A model generated the notes under the pieces. It was not told the DNA's origin. It did no database searches and saw only the letters and a program-made list of their open reading frames with translations. A stretch of DNA of 64,000 nt, taken from NCBI GenBank assembly GCA_965140445.1, contig OZ223236.1:1568001-1632000 (forward strand), in the 5' to 3' direction. Shown one piece after another: positions 20,294 through 29,779 of the stretch. Positions within the stretch are counted from its first letter, which is position 1, and every line of letters starts with the position of its first letter. The translations under genes were made by a program, and so were the position numbers. The stretch comes from Candidatus Ozemobacteraceae bacterium (GTDB lineage Bacteria > Muiribacteriota > Ozemobacteria > Ozemobacterales > Ozemobacteraceae).

Positions 20294-21736
20294 ATGCAAA
20301 TTAAGCGATTGGTGAATTATTCTTTGTTTCTGTTTTTAACTGTTTTTTTATTCTCCGGATCTGTATTGTCTGCCTCTGATTCAAGCATTTTAGAAGAACG
20401 AATGCGAAAATTGGAAGATCGGATGCTAAGAATGCAAAGTAGCTACCAGGCACAGATTAAATCATTACAAGAAGAGCTTAAAGCTCTTAAAGATGAAAAA
20501 AATTTAAAAGTAAATGCCTCCGGAACTTTGTCTGAAGAAGACGAGATTGCAGCACTAAGGCTAGATGCTGTGAATCTTAGTAAAACCGGGGATAGTCATA
20601 GCAACCTTCCCGAAGAGAAATCAGAAGACGAAAAAACATTTGTTGCTGGTAATCTTGGGTTGCAGGCCGAGAATCCTGAGATCAGTGTCACTGGTGACTT
20701 CATTTATAAAGTGCAAAGTGCAGATTTGCAGAAAAAGAATTCTGATGCATTTTTTAGAAGTCTGGGCTTACATTACGAAACGTATCTGGACCCTTATACT
20801 AGATTTAAAGCTGCTGTTCCGGTTCTGGAAAACAATTCTCTACTGGGAGAAGCTTATATAACAAGATTTGGCGTTTCACCCAGCTTAAACATTACCCTGG
20901 GAAAATTCCGACAGCAATTTGGAGTCGTAAATAGATGGCATCTCCACGGTCTGGATTTTGTTGAGTTTCCTTTAGCCCTGCGTCGTCTTTTTGGAGATGG
21001 CGGTTTAAACCAAAACGGTGTTTCGTTTGACTTCCAGCTTGGAGGCAATGGCAAAGACAGTCATGAGCTAACCCTGCAGTTAACAGAAGCTACCAATGCA
21101 GTTCAATTTGGTGGAAATGAGCGAGGGGCCCCTGCTTTGTTAGCCCACTTAAAATCATTTAGAGACATTGACCAGGATCGTTATCGTGAATATGGAATTA
21201 CTGCTATGGCTGGAGTAAATGATACCTGGAAAACTAATAGCGGCGCTGGCATTACTACTATTGATCGCTCCAGGCCAGTTGCTCTAGTTGGTCTTGATTT
21301 TACTTATCTATGGGAACCGGCTGATAATATGCGTTACAAAAACTTTTTGTGGCGGACAGAGTTTTATGGGATGAAAAAGGAAATTTTAACCCCGGACACC
21401 GGTGCCAGAGATAGCGTCTTGGCTTGGGGCGGCTATACAAATTTTCAATGGAAACAAAACCGGCAGCTTGAAACCGGTGTGAGACTGGATTACTTCAAGC
21501 CTGACCACAAAAAATATGCTGGATTAGCAGGTTTGTCTCTATCACCACTGGCATTTTCAGATAGCAATCCTTCAGAGTGGCAGATTAGCCCGTATTTAAC
21601 CTGGCATCAAAGTCCTTGGGTAAGATATAGACTTGGTCTGGATTATAAGTCTGGGCACAATACCGGTCCAGATGAAAGAAGAGTGACCCTGCAATGTATA
21701 TGGGCAGCCGGACCTCATAAACATGACAAATACTAG
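20294..21736 (+). CDS. outer-membrane porin-like protein associated with Zn/Mn ABC uptake
   Basis: Signal peptide, coiled coil, beta-barrel-like body, GKFRQQFG..NRWHLH motif, C-terminal GPHKHDKY. Confidence 0.7.
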   Translation: MQIKRLVNYSLFLFLTVFLFSGSVLSASDSSILEERMRKLEDRMLRMQSSYQAQIKSLQEELKALKDEKNLKVNASGTLSEEDEIAALRLDAVNLSKTGDSHSNLPEEKSEDEKTFVAGNLGLQAENPEISVTGDFIYKVQSADLQKKNSDAFFRSLGLHYETYLDPYTRFKAAVPVLENNSLLGEAYITRFGVSPSLNITLGKFRQQFGVVNRWHLHGLDFVEFPLALRRLFGDGGLNQNGVSFDFQLGGNGKDSHELTLQLTEATNAVQFGGNERGAPALLAHLKSFRDIDQDRYREYGITAMAGVNDTWKTNSGAGITTIDRSRPVALVGLDFTYLWEPADNMRYKNFLWRTEFYGMKKEILTPDTGARDSVLAWGGYTNFQWKQNRQLETGVRLDYFKPDHKKYAGLAGLSLSPLAFSDSNPSEWQISPYLTWHQSPWVRYRLGLDYKSGHNTGPDERRVTLQCIWAAGPHKHDKY

Positions 21737-21757
21737 ATTACTAAGAAGGAAGCCATA

Positions 21758-22816
21758 ATGAATATCCAAAAAATATATATACTATTTTCTTTGTTGATAG
21801 TTTGCCTTTTAGTTCCTGTTAAAAGCTTTGCAATTCTTAATGTTGTTACAACCATTTCTGACTATGCTGACTTTACCAGCAGAATCGGAGGAGACCTTGT
21901 TCAGGTTCAGGCACTTGTAGCAGGAACTCAAGATGCTCATTTTATAAGGCCTCGTCCGTCCTTCGTTGAAGCTTTGCGAAAAGCAGATATGCTTGTTGCT
22001 ACGGGACTGGACTTGGAGATGTGGTTGCCATCTGCAGTAGATAAGTCAGGTAACCGTAAAATCAGAAGTGGTGAAAAAGGCTATGTTTCGGTAGCATCTG
22101 GAATGCTATTGAAGGATAAGCCGGTAAGCTTGTCCAAAATAGACGGCGGGCTACACCTTTATGGGAATCCACATATTACTGTAAGTCCATTAAATATTTT
22201 TACCATTATTGAAAACATTAAAATTGGATTATGTAAAAATGCGCCTGAAAGTAGAGACGTTTTCGAAAAAAATGCTGAAAAAATCAAGAATGAGATAAGT
22301 ACAAAGCTTTATGGGGAACCATTGAACAGGGTTCTTGGGCGTGATGCCTTAATAAGCCTCCATCGTAGCGGAAAACTCTTTGATTTTCTTCAGAAGCGAT
22401 CTTTTAAAGATAAGCCTTTGATTAAAATCGCTGGTGGCTGGTATGAGAAAATGATCCCGCTAAGAGGAGCTAAGGTTGTCACTTATCACAAAAACTGGCG
22501 CTATTTAATTGATGACTTTGGAATGATAGAAGGTGGCTTTATTGAGCCTAAACCGGGTATTCCTCCCTCTCCAAGGCATATAAGAGATCTTCAGGAGAAA
22601 ATGAAGAAAGAGAATATCAAACTGATTATCGCCGCTAACTATTTTGACAAGAAGACTGTAGACCGAATTTCAGAATCAACAGGTGCTAGAAATGTAATGT
22701 TGCCATATTATGTTGGCGGAAAAAAAGATTTGCAAACCTGGGAAGAGCTTTTTGATTTTTGGGTCCAATCTATAACCAGAGCTTATAACGGGGGAGAAGA
22801 TGAAATCCCCAATTAA
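21758..22816 (+). CDS. znuA: metal ABC transporter substrate-binding protein (ZnuA/TroA family)
   Basis: QDAHF, GLDLEMWL, GNPHI, VTYHKNW, EPKPGIPPSP. Confidence 0.85.
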   Translation: MNIQKIYILFSLLIVCLLVPVKSFAILNVVTTISDYADFTSRIGGDLVQVQALVAGTQDAHFIRPRPSFVEALRKADMLVATGLDLEMWLPSAVDKSGNRKIRSGEKGYVSVASGMLLKDKPVSLSKIDGGLHLYGNPHITVSPLNIFTIIENIKIGLCKNAPESRDVFEKNAEKIKNEISTKLYGEPLNRVLGRDALISLHRSGKLFDFLQKRSFKDKPLIKIAGGWYEKMIPLRGAKVVTYHKNWRYLIDDFGMIEGGFIEPKPGIPPSPRHIRDLQEKMKKENIKLIIAANYFDKKTVDRISESTGARNVMLPYYVGGKKDLQTWEELFDFWVQSITRAYNGGEDEIPN

Positions 22817-23516
22817 TGAAGAAGATGTCATTCGCTGTAAAGGTCTCGCAATTGGCTATGACAATGAACCTGTTATAAGTGACATTAATTTATGTATCAG
22901 GTCCGGAGACTATTTGCCATTTATAGGCCCCAATGGCGCAGGAAAAACTACTTTGTTGCGAACCTTTCTTGGCCTTATTGAGCCTGTTTCTGGCGAATTA
23001 TCTTATCCAGGACAACGAAAACCGCCTGGATATGTTCCCCAGATTTCAACCCTGGAAAAGCTGTATCCTGTTTCGGCAAGAGAAGTCATCAATATGGGAT
23101 TTTATCCTCTTATTGGCTTTTGGGGATCAATAACCAAAGAAATGGATCTGGAAGTTGATAAACTTGTTGAGCGCTTTCATTTAAGTGAACACATCAACAG
23201 GCCAATAGAAGAGCTATCTGGGGGAATGAGACAAAAGGTTCTCATTGCGCGAGCACTCGTTTCTGGTGCAGATATTTTAATTATGGATGAACCTGCTTCT
23301 AATCTGGACGAAGAGTCCGAGATGGATCTGGTTAAATTGCTATATGACATATCTAAGGTTGAAAGAAAGACCGTTTTGTTTGCCCAGCATGGAATAGCTC
23401 CAGTTCTTAATTTTGCGACTCGAGTCTGCTACTTTTCTCAGGGTAAGGTTGAATTGATCCCGATGACTGAATTAAGCAAGCGAACTCATTTTCCCGCAAT
23501 TAGAAAGGATGTTTGA
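22800..23516 (+). CDS. znuC: metal ABC transporter ATP-binding protein
   Basis: GPNGAGKTT, GYVPQ, LSGGMRQKV, IMDEP. Confidence 0.9.
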   Translation: MKSPINEEDVIRCKGLAIGYDNEPVISDINLCIRSGDYLPFIGPNGAGKTTLLRTFLGLIEPVSGELSYPGQRKPPGYVPQISTLEKLYPVSAREVINMGFYPLIGFWGSITKEMDLEVDKLVERFHLSEHINRPIEELSGGMRQKVLIARALVSGADILIMDEPASNLDEESEMDLVKLLYDISKVERKTVLFAQHGIAPVLNFATRVCYFSQGKVELIPMTELSKRTHFPAIRKDV

Positions 23517-23519
23517 ATT

Positions 23520-24674
23520 ATGTTTAATTCAGGCACTTTGAATGCAATTGTTGACTTGTACGGCGCTGCATTGCCAGCAACAATTCTTATGGCGATTACC
23601 TTTTCTTTTTTTGGAGTTTTTGTTGTTCTAAAAAGAATTGTTTTCATTGGAATTACCTTGTCGGAAGTTGCCGCTTTTGGTGTGGCTATTTCTTTAATAT
23701 ATGGCATTCAGCCATTCATTGGAGCTGCAGTTTCATGCCTTGCTGTGGTTGGTATATTAGCTTATCCCTATGAATCATCTCGTGTTCCGCGAGATACCGT
23801 TTTGGGAACCATTTTTATTTTTGCCTCGGGAATGAGCATTTTACTGGTCTCCAGAAGCGGTTTTGGATTGGAAAAAGTTAAAGCTTTGCTTTATGGAAAC
23901 CTGCTTTTTGCCTCTAATTATGATTTATTGACGATTTCTTTGGTGATGTTACCAGCAATAATTGGTTTGACGGTTCTTTATAGGCCGCTGCTGTATTCCT
24001 TTCTTGATCGAGAAGTTGCTCTTACATTAGGAATAAACGTCTGGCGTTTTGAAATGATTTTCTTTATAAGCCTGGGGTTAATTGTTGCATCTTCATCCAA
24101 GATTGCAGGGGTAATGCTGGTTTTTTGTTATCTCGTAGTGCCACCAGCTACAGCGCTGGTGTTTTCAAGGAAGATGAAGGTTGTTATTCCTTTGGCTTGC
24201 TCAATTTCAGTGGTCTGTACATTGCTTGGAATTGTTACTTCGTATAATGCTGATTTGCCGCCAAATCAACTTGTTGCTGCCATTAGCTGCTGTTTTTTTC
24301 TGATTGCAGTAGTTTTTAATCAAATCCGGCATAAATTTAATGTGAAAGTAGCTTATGTGTTAACTATAGTCTCTTTCTGTTTTTTGTTGCTTTTTTTGAA
24401 TTCATTAAAAATCTCGTCCTCTGTTGAACTTGTTTCAGGAATAGTTACCGATAAAGAAGTTGGAGAAAAACTGGTTAAAAAAACAGAATTTGCTTCAACT
24501 TCCAAAAAAAGTCTGGACTGGGTAGAAGAAATAGAAAAGATGAAGACGAAGTTGAATAAGAATAACGAGGATGGAAAGAAGTATGGAAAACTACTGCTTT
24601 CTTATGAGCCCCCAGAGTTTTTCAAACAGGAGATAATTGATTCTTTAGCAAATTTCCAGAAATCTGTTAAATAA
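23520..24674 (+). CDS. znuB: metal ABC transporter permease (ABC-3 family)
   Basis: GVFVVLKRIVFIGITLSEVA, LLYGNLL, GVMLVFCYLVVPPATA. Confidence 0.88.
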   Translation: MFNSGTLNAIVDLYGAALPATILMAITFSFFGVFVVLKRIVFIGITLSEVAAFGVAISLIYGIQPFIGAAVSCLAVVGILAYPYESSRVPRDTVLGTIFIFASGMSILLVSRSGFGLEKVKALLYGNLLFASNYDLLTISLVMLPAIIGLTVLYRPLLYSFLDREVALTLGINVWRFEMIFFISLGLIVASSSKIAGVMLVFCYLVVPPATALVFSRKMKVVIPLACSISVVCTLLGIVTSYNADLPPNQLVAAISCCFFLIAVVFNQIRHKFNVKVAYVLTIVSFCFLLLFLNSLKISSSVELVSGIVTDKEVGEKLVKKTEFASTSKKSLDWVEEIEKMKTKLNKNNEDGKKYGKLLLSYEPPEFFKQEIIDSLANFQKSVK

Positions 24675-24723
24675 AAAAGCCCGCTCTGGAGTGACTAGTG
24701 CACTTTAGAGCGGGCTTTTTTTT
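24673..24723. terminator. bidirectional intrinsic terminator
   Basis: A6-GCCCGCTCTGGAGTG...CACTTTAGAGCGGGC-T8 between convergent genes. Confidence 0.85.
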
Positions 24724-24728
24724 GTTTT

Positions 24729-25586
24729 TTATTTCATTTTTGAGAGAAATTTTTCCATATCAATGTTGATTTGATCAATGTCAGATCTAAGCTTGTCACA
24801 AGCTTTCATCCAATATTTTGTAGAGCAGTTTCTGGAATGCCAGCTTTTTACAACTGCAGCTTTAGCAGCGGCTTTAAAATATTTAATGCAGTATTTCAAG
24901 CGCCATGCCGGGAAATTTGCCAATCCGCCGCTACCGACTTTTGTGGAAGCAAGTCCAGCTGCACTTCCAGCAGACATAAGTGCTGATGCTGCATTTTTCC
25001 AGGTTTCTCTTGCTGTTTCAGGGTTGATATTTGAAGGGATAGAAACCTTAGCCATTTTTTCTTTAACTGGAATAAAGCCAGTCTGAATGTTTTTGAACCA
25101 GATATTGTCAAAAACCAATCCTTCAGGATACGCCCAATATTTTAGTTCTTCCAGACCTTTATCACAGGCTTCTGCAAAATCTCGGCAAAGGAACGCGAAA
25201 ACTTTTTCGTTTCCTGATTTTTCGCTATATAGCTGAGAACCAATCTCGAGTCTTTTCTGGAAATATTTTGCTCCAAGCTCAAGACGAACTGGAAATCTAA
25301 ATTTCTCAAGCATTGCAGTGAGGATTTCATTTCCAATTTTTGATTTTGAGGCTGCAACTTTATAAAGTTCTTCATAGCTAAGTTTTTCAAGCCCTTGTGG
25401 TCTTTGCTGTGGAAATCCGTTTTTTGCGCTAAATGGTGAAAGAAGACCTGTTAACTGCTTAACTGATTTTTCTATGGGCGCGTCATAAACTGTTCCATAG
25501 GTCATTCCAGCCTGGGCATTTGCAATGCCTGCAGTAAAAAGCAACACTGAAAAAACAAGGCATAGGCCTATAAAGTTGATTTTCAT
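24729..25586 (-). CDS. secreted hypothetical protein
   Basis: Probable start MKINF (GGAGG upstream); signal peptide ANA|Q. Confidence 0.65.
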   Translation of the reverse strand: MKINFIGLCLVFSVLLFTAGIANAQAGMTYGTVYDAPIEKSVKQLTGLLSPFSAKNGFPQQRPQGLEKLSYEELYKVAASKSKIGNEILTAMLEKFRFPVRLELGAKYFQKRLEIGSQLYSEKSGNEKVFAFLCRDFAEACDKGLEELKYWAYPEGLVFDNIWFKNIQTGFIPVKEKMAKVSIPSNINPETARETWKNAASALMSAGSAAGLASTKVGSGGLANFPAWRLKYCIKYFKAAAKAAVVKSWHSRNCSTKYWMKACDKLRSDIDQINIDMEKFLSKMK

Positions 25587-25732
25587 CCTTTTCCTCCAAA
25601 ACACTATTTTTTTGCATTGTAGCATTTGATATTTTCTCAATCAATTAAATTAAATCAAAAATGTTATGAAAATAGGCGTATATTAAAGCTATGTAAAATG
25701 TCTGAAATTATTCAGTTTAAGGATGTTATGTA

Positions 25733-26143
25733 ATGAATGCGAAACAAAATCTTAAGTGCATTTTAGAATCGTTGTTTAATGAATGCGATGCAAAAATGGT
25801 TCCAGCATCTGAGGAGCAAATCGAACGCTTTGTTGATGAATCACAGTTAAGAGGCTTTTCGGAAGATGTAATTGATGAGCTTTGTGAGTTTTATGGAATC
25901 ACTAATGGAATTCCTTGTCTGAATGGTTTTGATTTTCATGCTTGCGATGATATGGCTCTTTTTGAATGGTACAAAGATCAAGAATTGTGGCTGGGGCAAA
26001 GAGACCTTTATACTCTACGTTGGGCAAACGGCCTTTTTTGCCTTGGAGATTCGAGCAATGTTAGTTTTTCAAAAGAGCATGAGTATAAAACCTTAGTCGA
26101 CTTGCTGGATGGCTCTATAAAAGAGTGGGGCGCAAAACCCTAA
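25733..26143 (+). CDS. SMI1/KNR4 (SUKH)-like protein
   Basis: PASEEQI...L.EFY.ITNG motif. Confidence 0.65.
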   Translation: MNAKQNLKCILESLFNECDAKMVPASEEQIERFVDESQLRGFSEDVIDELCEFYGITNGIPCLNGFDFHACDDMALFEWYKDQELWLGQRDLYTLRWANGLFCLGDSSNVSFSKEHEYKTLVDLLDGSIKEWGAKP

Positions 26144-27405
26144 TTTGATATTGATACGCGAACTTTTGCTGCTCGCAATCCCTGTGTTTGTTCTACAGTA
26201 AAGGTCAGTCGTTCAAAAACAATTTTGTCCCGTTCTTTTGGAAAGTCGCCTTTTAAATAGGTTAAAAGACCATTTACGGTATTGTTTTTTCGCGTAATCT
26301 GATTTGGAAACTCAATTCCAGTGAATACTTCAAGCTCTTCCAGAGCGGCTCTGCCGCGGACTTCAAATTCCTGGTCGCTAATCTTTTTAATGGTCAGGAC
26401 TGATTCCTCATCATATTCGTCATGTATAAGGCCAAAGATTCTTTCAATTATATCTTCTAAGGTTATAAGGCCAGCTGCCGTTCCAAATTCGTCAACTATG
26501 ATTGCTATATGAATCTTTTTTAATCTCATTGATTCAAACAGCATGCCTACGCTCATTGATTCAGGTGCATAAAAAGGGATATGGCAATGTTCTGTAATTT
26601 TAAAGTTATCATCATGGCAAATTCTCTTTGAAAGCAATTCCTTTATATTAAAAATGCCCACGATATTATCTATGGTGTCGCTATAAACTGGCATTCGAGT
26701 ATACATGTGCTGACTTATTTCCAATTGCAGCTCAGGTAGAGTTATGTTTTCAGGAACGCCAGCCATCTGACGTCTTGGAATCATTATATCCTTGGCTTCA
26801 AGGTCGTTAAATCTGGCTGAACGAGTAAGTAATTTTCTTTCAAGCTCATCTATATAACCTGCGCTTGCGCTGTATTTTGCCATGTAAAGAAGTTCCTGAA
26901 TAGTTGGAGCTTCGCCGGCATCATTTTTTACTGGAACAAGTTTCATCAGGAGATGGCTAAAAGCTTCCATAAAAGCTGTAACAGGTTTTAATGCGCTTAC
27001 AATTATTCTAAGTGGATAGGAAACCATCTGCATCCATCTATTTGCAAAGGTGACACCAAAATGCTTGGGGACAACTTCACCAAAAATCAGTAAGAAGATA
27101 ATTGTAATTATTGAGGCAACAAGGGGGCCAAGATTTGCTGAAAGAATTCCGGATTTTACCAGCAACTGATCAAAAAAGGCTCCGGCATAAACCGCCAATA
27201 CAGTATTTACAATGTTGTTTCCTACCAGAATTGCGGCAATAACGCTGCGTTTTCTTTTAATAAGATCCTGAAGAATCAGTACACTTTTGCTTTTTTTCTG
27301 GTTCATGAGGCGAACCTCATTTACTGAAGTGAATGCAGTTTCTGTGCCTGAAAAAATGCCTGAAACTATTAGTAAAACGGTAAAAAATCCGAGAGTAAAT
27401 AACAT
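26140..27405 (-). CDS. hemolysin-family CNNM/CBS/CorC protein
   Basis: FSGTETAF, ILVGNNIVN, FGEVVPK, CBS pair, VDEFG...TLEDIIE. Confidence 0.92.
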   Translation of the reverse strand: MLFTLGFFTVLLIVSGIFSGTETAFTSVNEVRLMNQKKSKSVLILQDLIKRKRSVIAAILVGNNIVNTVLAVYAGAFFDQLLVKSGILSANLGPLVASIITIIFLLIFGEVVPKHFGVTFANRWMQMVSYPLRIIVSALKPVTAFMEAFSHLLMKLVPVKNDAGEAPTIQELLYMAKYSASAGYIDELERKLLTRSARFNDLEAKDIMIPRRQMAGVPENITLPELQLEISQHMYTRMPVYSDTIDNIVGIFNIKELLSKRICHDDNFKITEHCHIPFYAPESMSVGMLFESMRLKKIHIAIIVDEFGTAAGLITLEDIIERIFGLIHDEYDEESVLTIKKISDQEFEVRGRAALEELEVFTGIEFPNQITRKNNTVNGLLTYLKGDFPKERDKIVFERLTFTVEQTQGLRAAKVRVSISN

Positions 27406-27457
27406 TTAGGTCTGTCCTTGCTAGTTTATTCCAAATTGATTAAGTGTTTTTATCTTC

Positions 27458-27934
27458 TTATTTTTTAAAAAAAGAAGACAGTTTTTGTAAAAAGCCTTTT
27501 GGCTCATCATCCATCATGGGCGCTGGTTCTTCTATAAGCCTGGCCTCATTTTCTGCTTTTTCAAGCGCAGCTTCTATCTGCTGTGCAACGGGTAGAATTT
27601 GTTCCTTGACCACCGTTTTTTGCTCATCAATAAGTGTTTGAGGGATATCGCCATAACTTCTAATATACTTAACTATTTCGGCCAGTTTTTCAAGAAAGCC
27701 TTCAGAAAGAATCAGCATTGCCCGGATATTCTTATAGTCCTTATTCTTTTCAAATTTTTCCAGATGATGTTGAAACAAATCCAGCTGTCTTTTCAATGCC
27801 TTTTCCAGATCCATAAAAACCAAAACCGCTTTTTCAGGCTCCATAGCTGGCAAATTCAAAAACAACTTGGTATAAATCTTTTTAATATCGGCCACAGCCG
27901 CCCACATAATCTGAATAAAAATAATGCTTTCCAT
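27458..27934 (-). CDS. helical hypothetical protein
   Basis: 158-aa ORF co-oriented with the CNNM gene. Confidence 0.55.
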   Translation of the reverse strand: MESIIFIQIMWAAVADIKKIYTKLFLNLPAMEPEKAVLVFMDLEKALKRQLDLFQHHLEKFEKNKDYKNIRAMLILSEGFLEKLAEIVKYIRSYGDIPQTLIDEQKTVVKEQILPVAQQIEAALEKAENEARLIEEPAPMMDDEPKGFLQKLSSFFKK

Positions 27935-28058
27935 GCCAAAATTGTAGCATAATTGCGGCGGGGAAGTTGAGGAGGAATTGTGGGGTAAATTAAATAATAC
28001 AAAGAAAAGGGTAGATAGTGTTTAATATATTTTATACAAGATTTTAGGGACAAATTTA

Positions 28059-28964
28059 ATGAATTCAATATCTGACTTGATAAACTTTTTAACAGAAAAA
28101 ATGTCTATGAGTGAGGTTTACCAGCCGCTAATCATAAGTGAACTTATTCGTGCTGGTGGTAAAATTGGGAAAAAGGATCTTGCTATTAAATTGGCTTCAT
28201 ATGACAAATCTATTCAGGAATACTATGAGAAAATCTTAATGAGATGGCCAAAAATAACTCTAGAAAAGCACGGGATTATTAAATATACAAAAGAAAACTC
28301 AATGTTTGAACTTGGATTTGAGATAAATGATTCTAATGAAGCTCGTAAAGCTGTAGAAATTTGTTCTAAGAAAATTGAAGAGTGGCTTGAGTTAAGAAAT
28401 AAGTCAAAAGACCCTGAAGTCAATGCTTCTAGAAGATATGAAGTGTTGAAAGCTTCTGGTGGGAAATGCGATTTATGTGGTATTAGCTCTAAACTTAGGC
28501 CCCTTGATGTAGATCATATTATTCCTCGGAGCAAAGCAAACAAATACGGGAAAGTTGTAAAAAATGGAAAGATAATTGATTTGCACTCATTAGAAAACCT
28601 TCAAGCTCTTTGTTTTAAATGCAATAGAGCAAAAAGAGACACTGATGATACCGATTTCAGAAAACGTGACAAGCTCGTAAGAGACTGTATCATACAAGAA
28701 ATTGAGCGATCCGGTCGAAAACCAAACTTTAAGGTTCTTAAGCAGAAGGAATTTGAAAATGCCCTTGAAGAAAAGCTTATAGAAGAAGTTGCAGAGTATT
28801 TAGATTCAAAGAATCCAGAAGAGTTGGCAGATATTCTCGAAGTAATTTTTGCAATAGCAGAGGCAAAAAAAGTATCTGAAAAGACTTTGATTGATATTCA
28901 AAAAGATAAAAAGCTAAAGAAAGGTGGTTTTACAAAACGCCATTTTTTGATGGGTGATTTATAA
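28059..28964 (+). CDS. HNH endonuclease fused to MazG-like/PRA-PH-like NTP pyrophosphohydrolase
   Basis: CDLCG...LDVDHIIPRS...NLQALCFKCNRAK, then KLVRD...KLIEEVAE...EELADILEV...KKGGF. Confidence 0.8.
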   Translation: MNSISDLINFLTEKMSMSEVYQPLIISELIRAGGKIGKKDLAIKLASYDKSIQEYYEKILMRWPKITLEKHGIIKYTKENSMFELGFEINDSNEARKAVEICSKKIEEWLELRNKSKDPEVNASRRYEVLKASGGKCDLCGISSKLRPLDVDHIIPRSKANKYGKVVKNGKIIDLHSLENLQALCFKCNRAKRDTDDTDFRKRDKLVRDCIIQEIERSGRKPNFKVLKQKEFENALEEKLIEEVAEYLDSKNPEELADILEVIFAIAEAKKVSEKTLIDIQKDKKLKKGGFTKRHFLMGDL

Positions 28965-29013
28965 GGTTTCATCCTACGTTAAATAGTTTTTTCAATTTTG
29001 TTGAAGCCAGTTG

Positions 29014-29758
29014 CTATTTATTTGTAACTTCAAATCTTTTTTGGTGCATTCTTATAAACTCAAGGCTTGGTTTAAACTTCTTAGGTAACTTAATTTGCTT
29101 TCCTTCAGTTTCTAAAATAAAATTCAACTCCGAATTTTTGTTAGATTTTTTCATTCGATCTGAAACAACTGTTTTGAATTGATCATCAAATGTGATTAAG
29201 AATGAATCGAATGCCTTGTCATGCAGTAAGTTTAAACACAAACCGTTATGTGGGTTTAGTCTATTTTTTTTGTCTGTTGCCCAAGGGTTTATATGGCTTG
29301 CAATAAGCAATTCAGGTAAATTTATTCCTGTTAAGCAGCAGGAGTAGTCGTAAGAAGAAAGAATTGTAGCTCTAAACAGGCTTTGATGCTTTCGAATCAT
29401 AACTGTTGCAGTACAATCTGTTTCAAGTGTTTCATCAATTGGAATCGGATTGACAGCTTCACTTTTTTGGGGGTCTAGGGAAAGTTTTACTTTCTCGAAT
29501 TCATCGGAGAGCTTTTCAATATTGTTTCCAAATTGCCTTATCTATTTTACTAAAGTTAGACATACCTTTTTGCTGAATTGAATTATCAAGGCTTGCAAAA
29601 TTACCTAGTTTTAAGGCGACAGCGCTTGGAGTTCTTCCAATCATTTGTGCAAGCAAAATTATGTTTGGGTTTCTTTGATGCATTTTGCCAAAAGGTGTTC
29701 GACAATAAAGCTCAAAAGCTAAAATCGTTTCTTCTCGTGTCCAGTTACTCTTTTTCAA
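29014..29758 (-). pseudogene. frameshifted HNH restriction endonuclease-like gene
   Basis: The N-half WTREETILAFELY...GRTPSAVALKLGNFASLD ends W-K-Q-Y-stop. The +1 frame continues GNNIEKLSDEF... without a stop into QSLFR...CCLTG...LIASHINPW...NPHNGLCL..LHDKAFD. The shift lies near 29524-29533. Confidence 0.8.
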
Positions 29759-29779
29759 GTTTTTCCTCAGTAGTAATAA

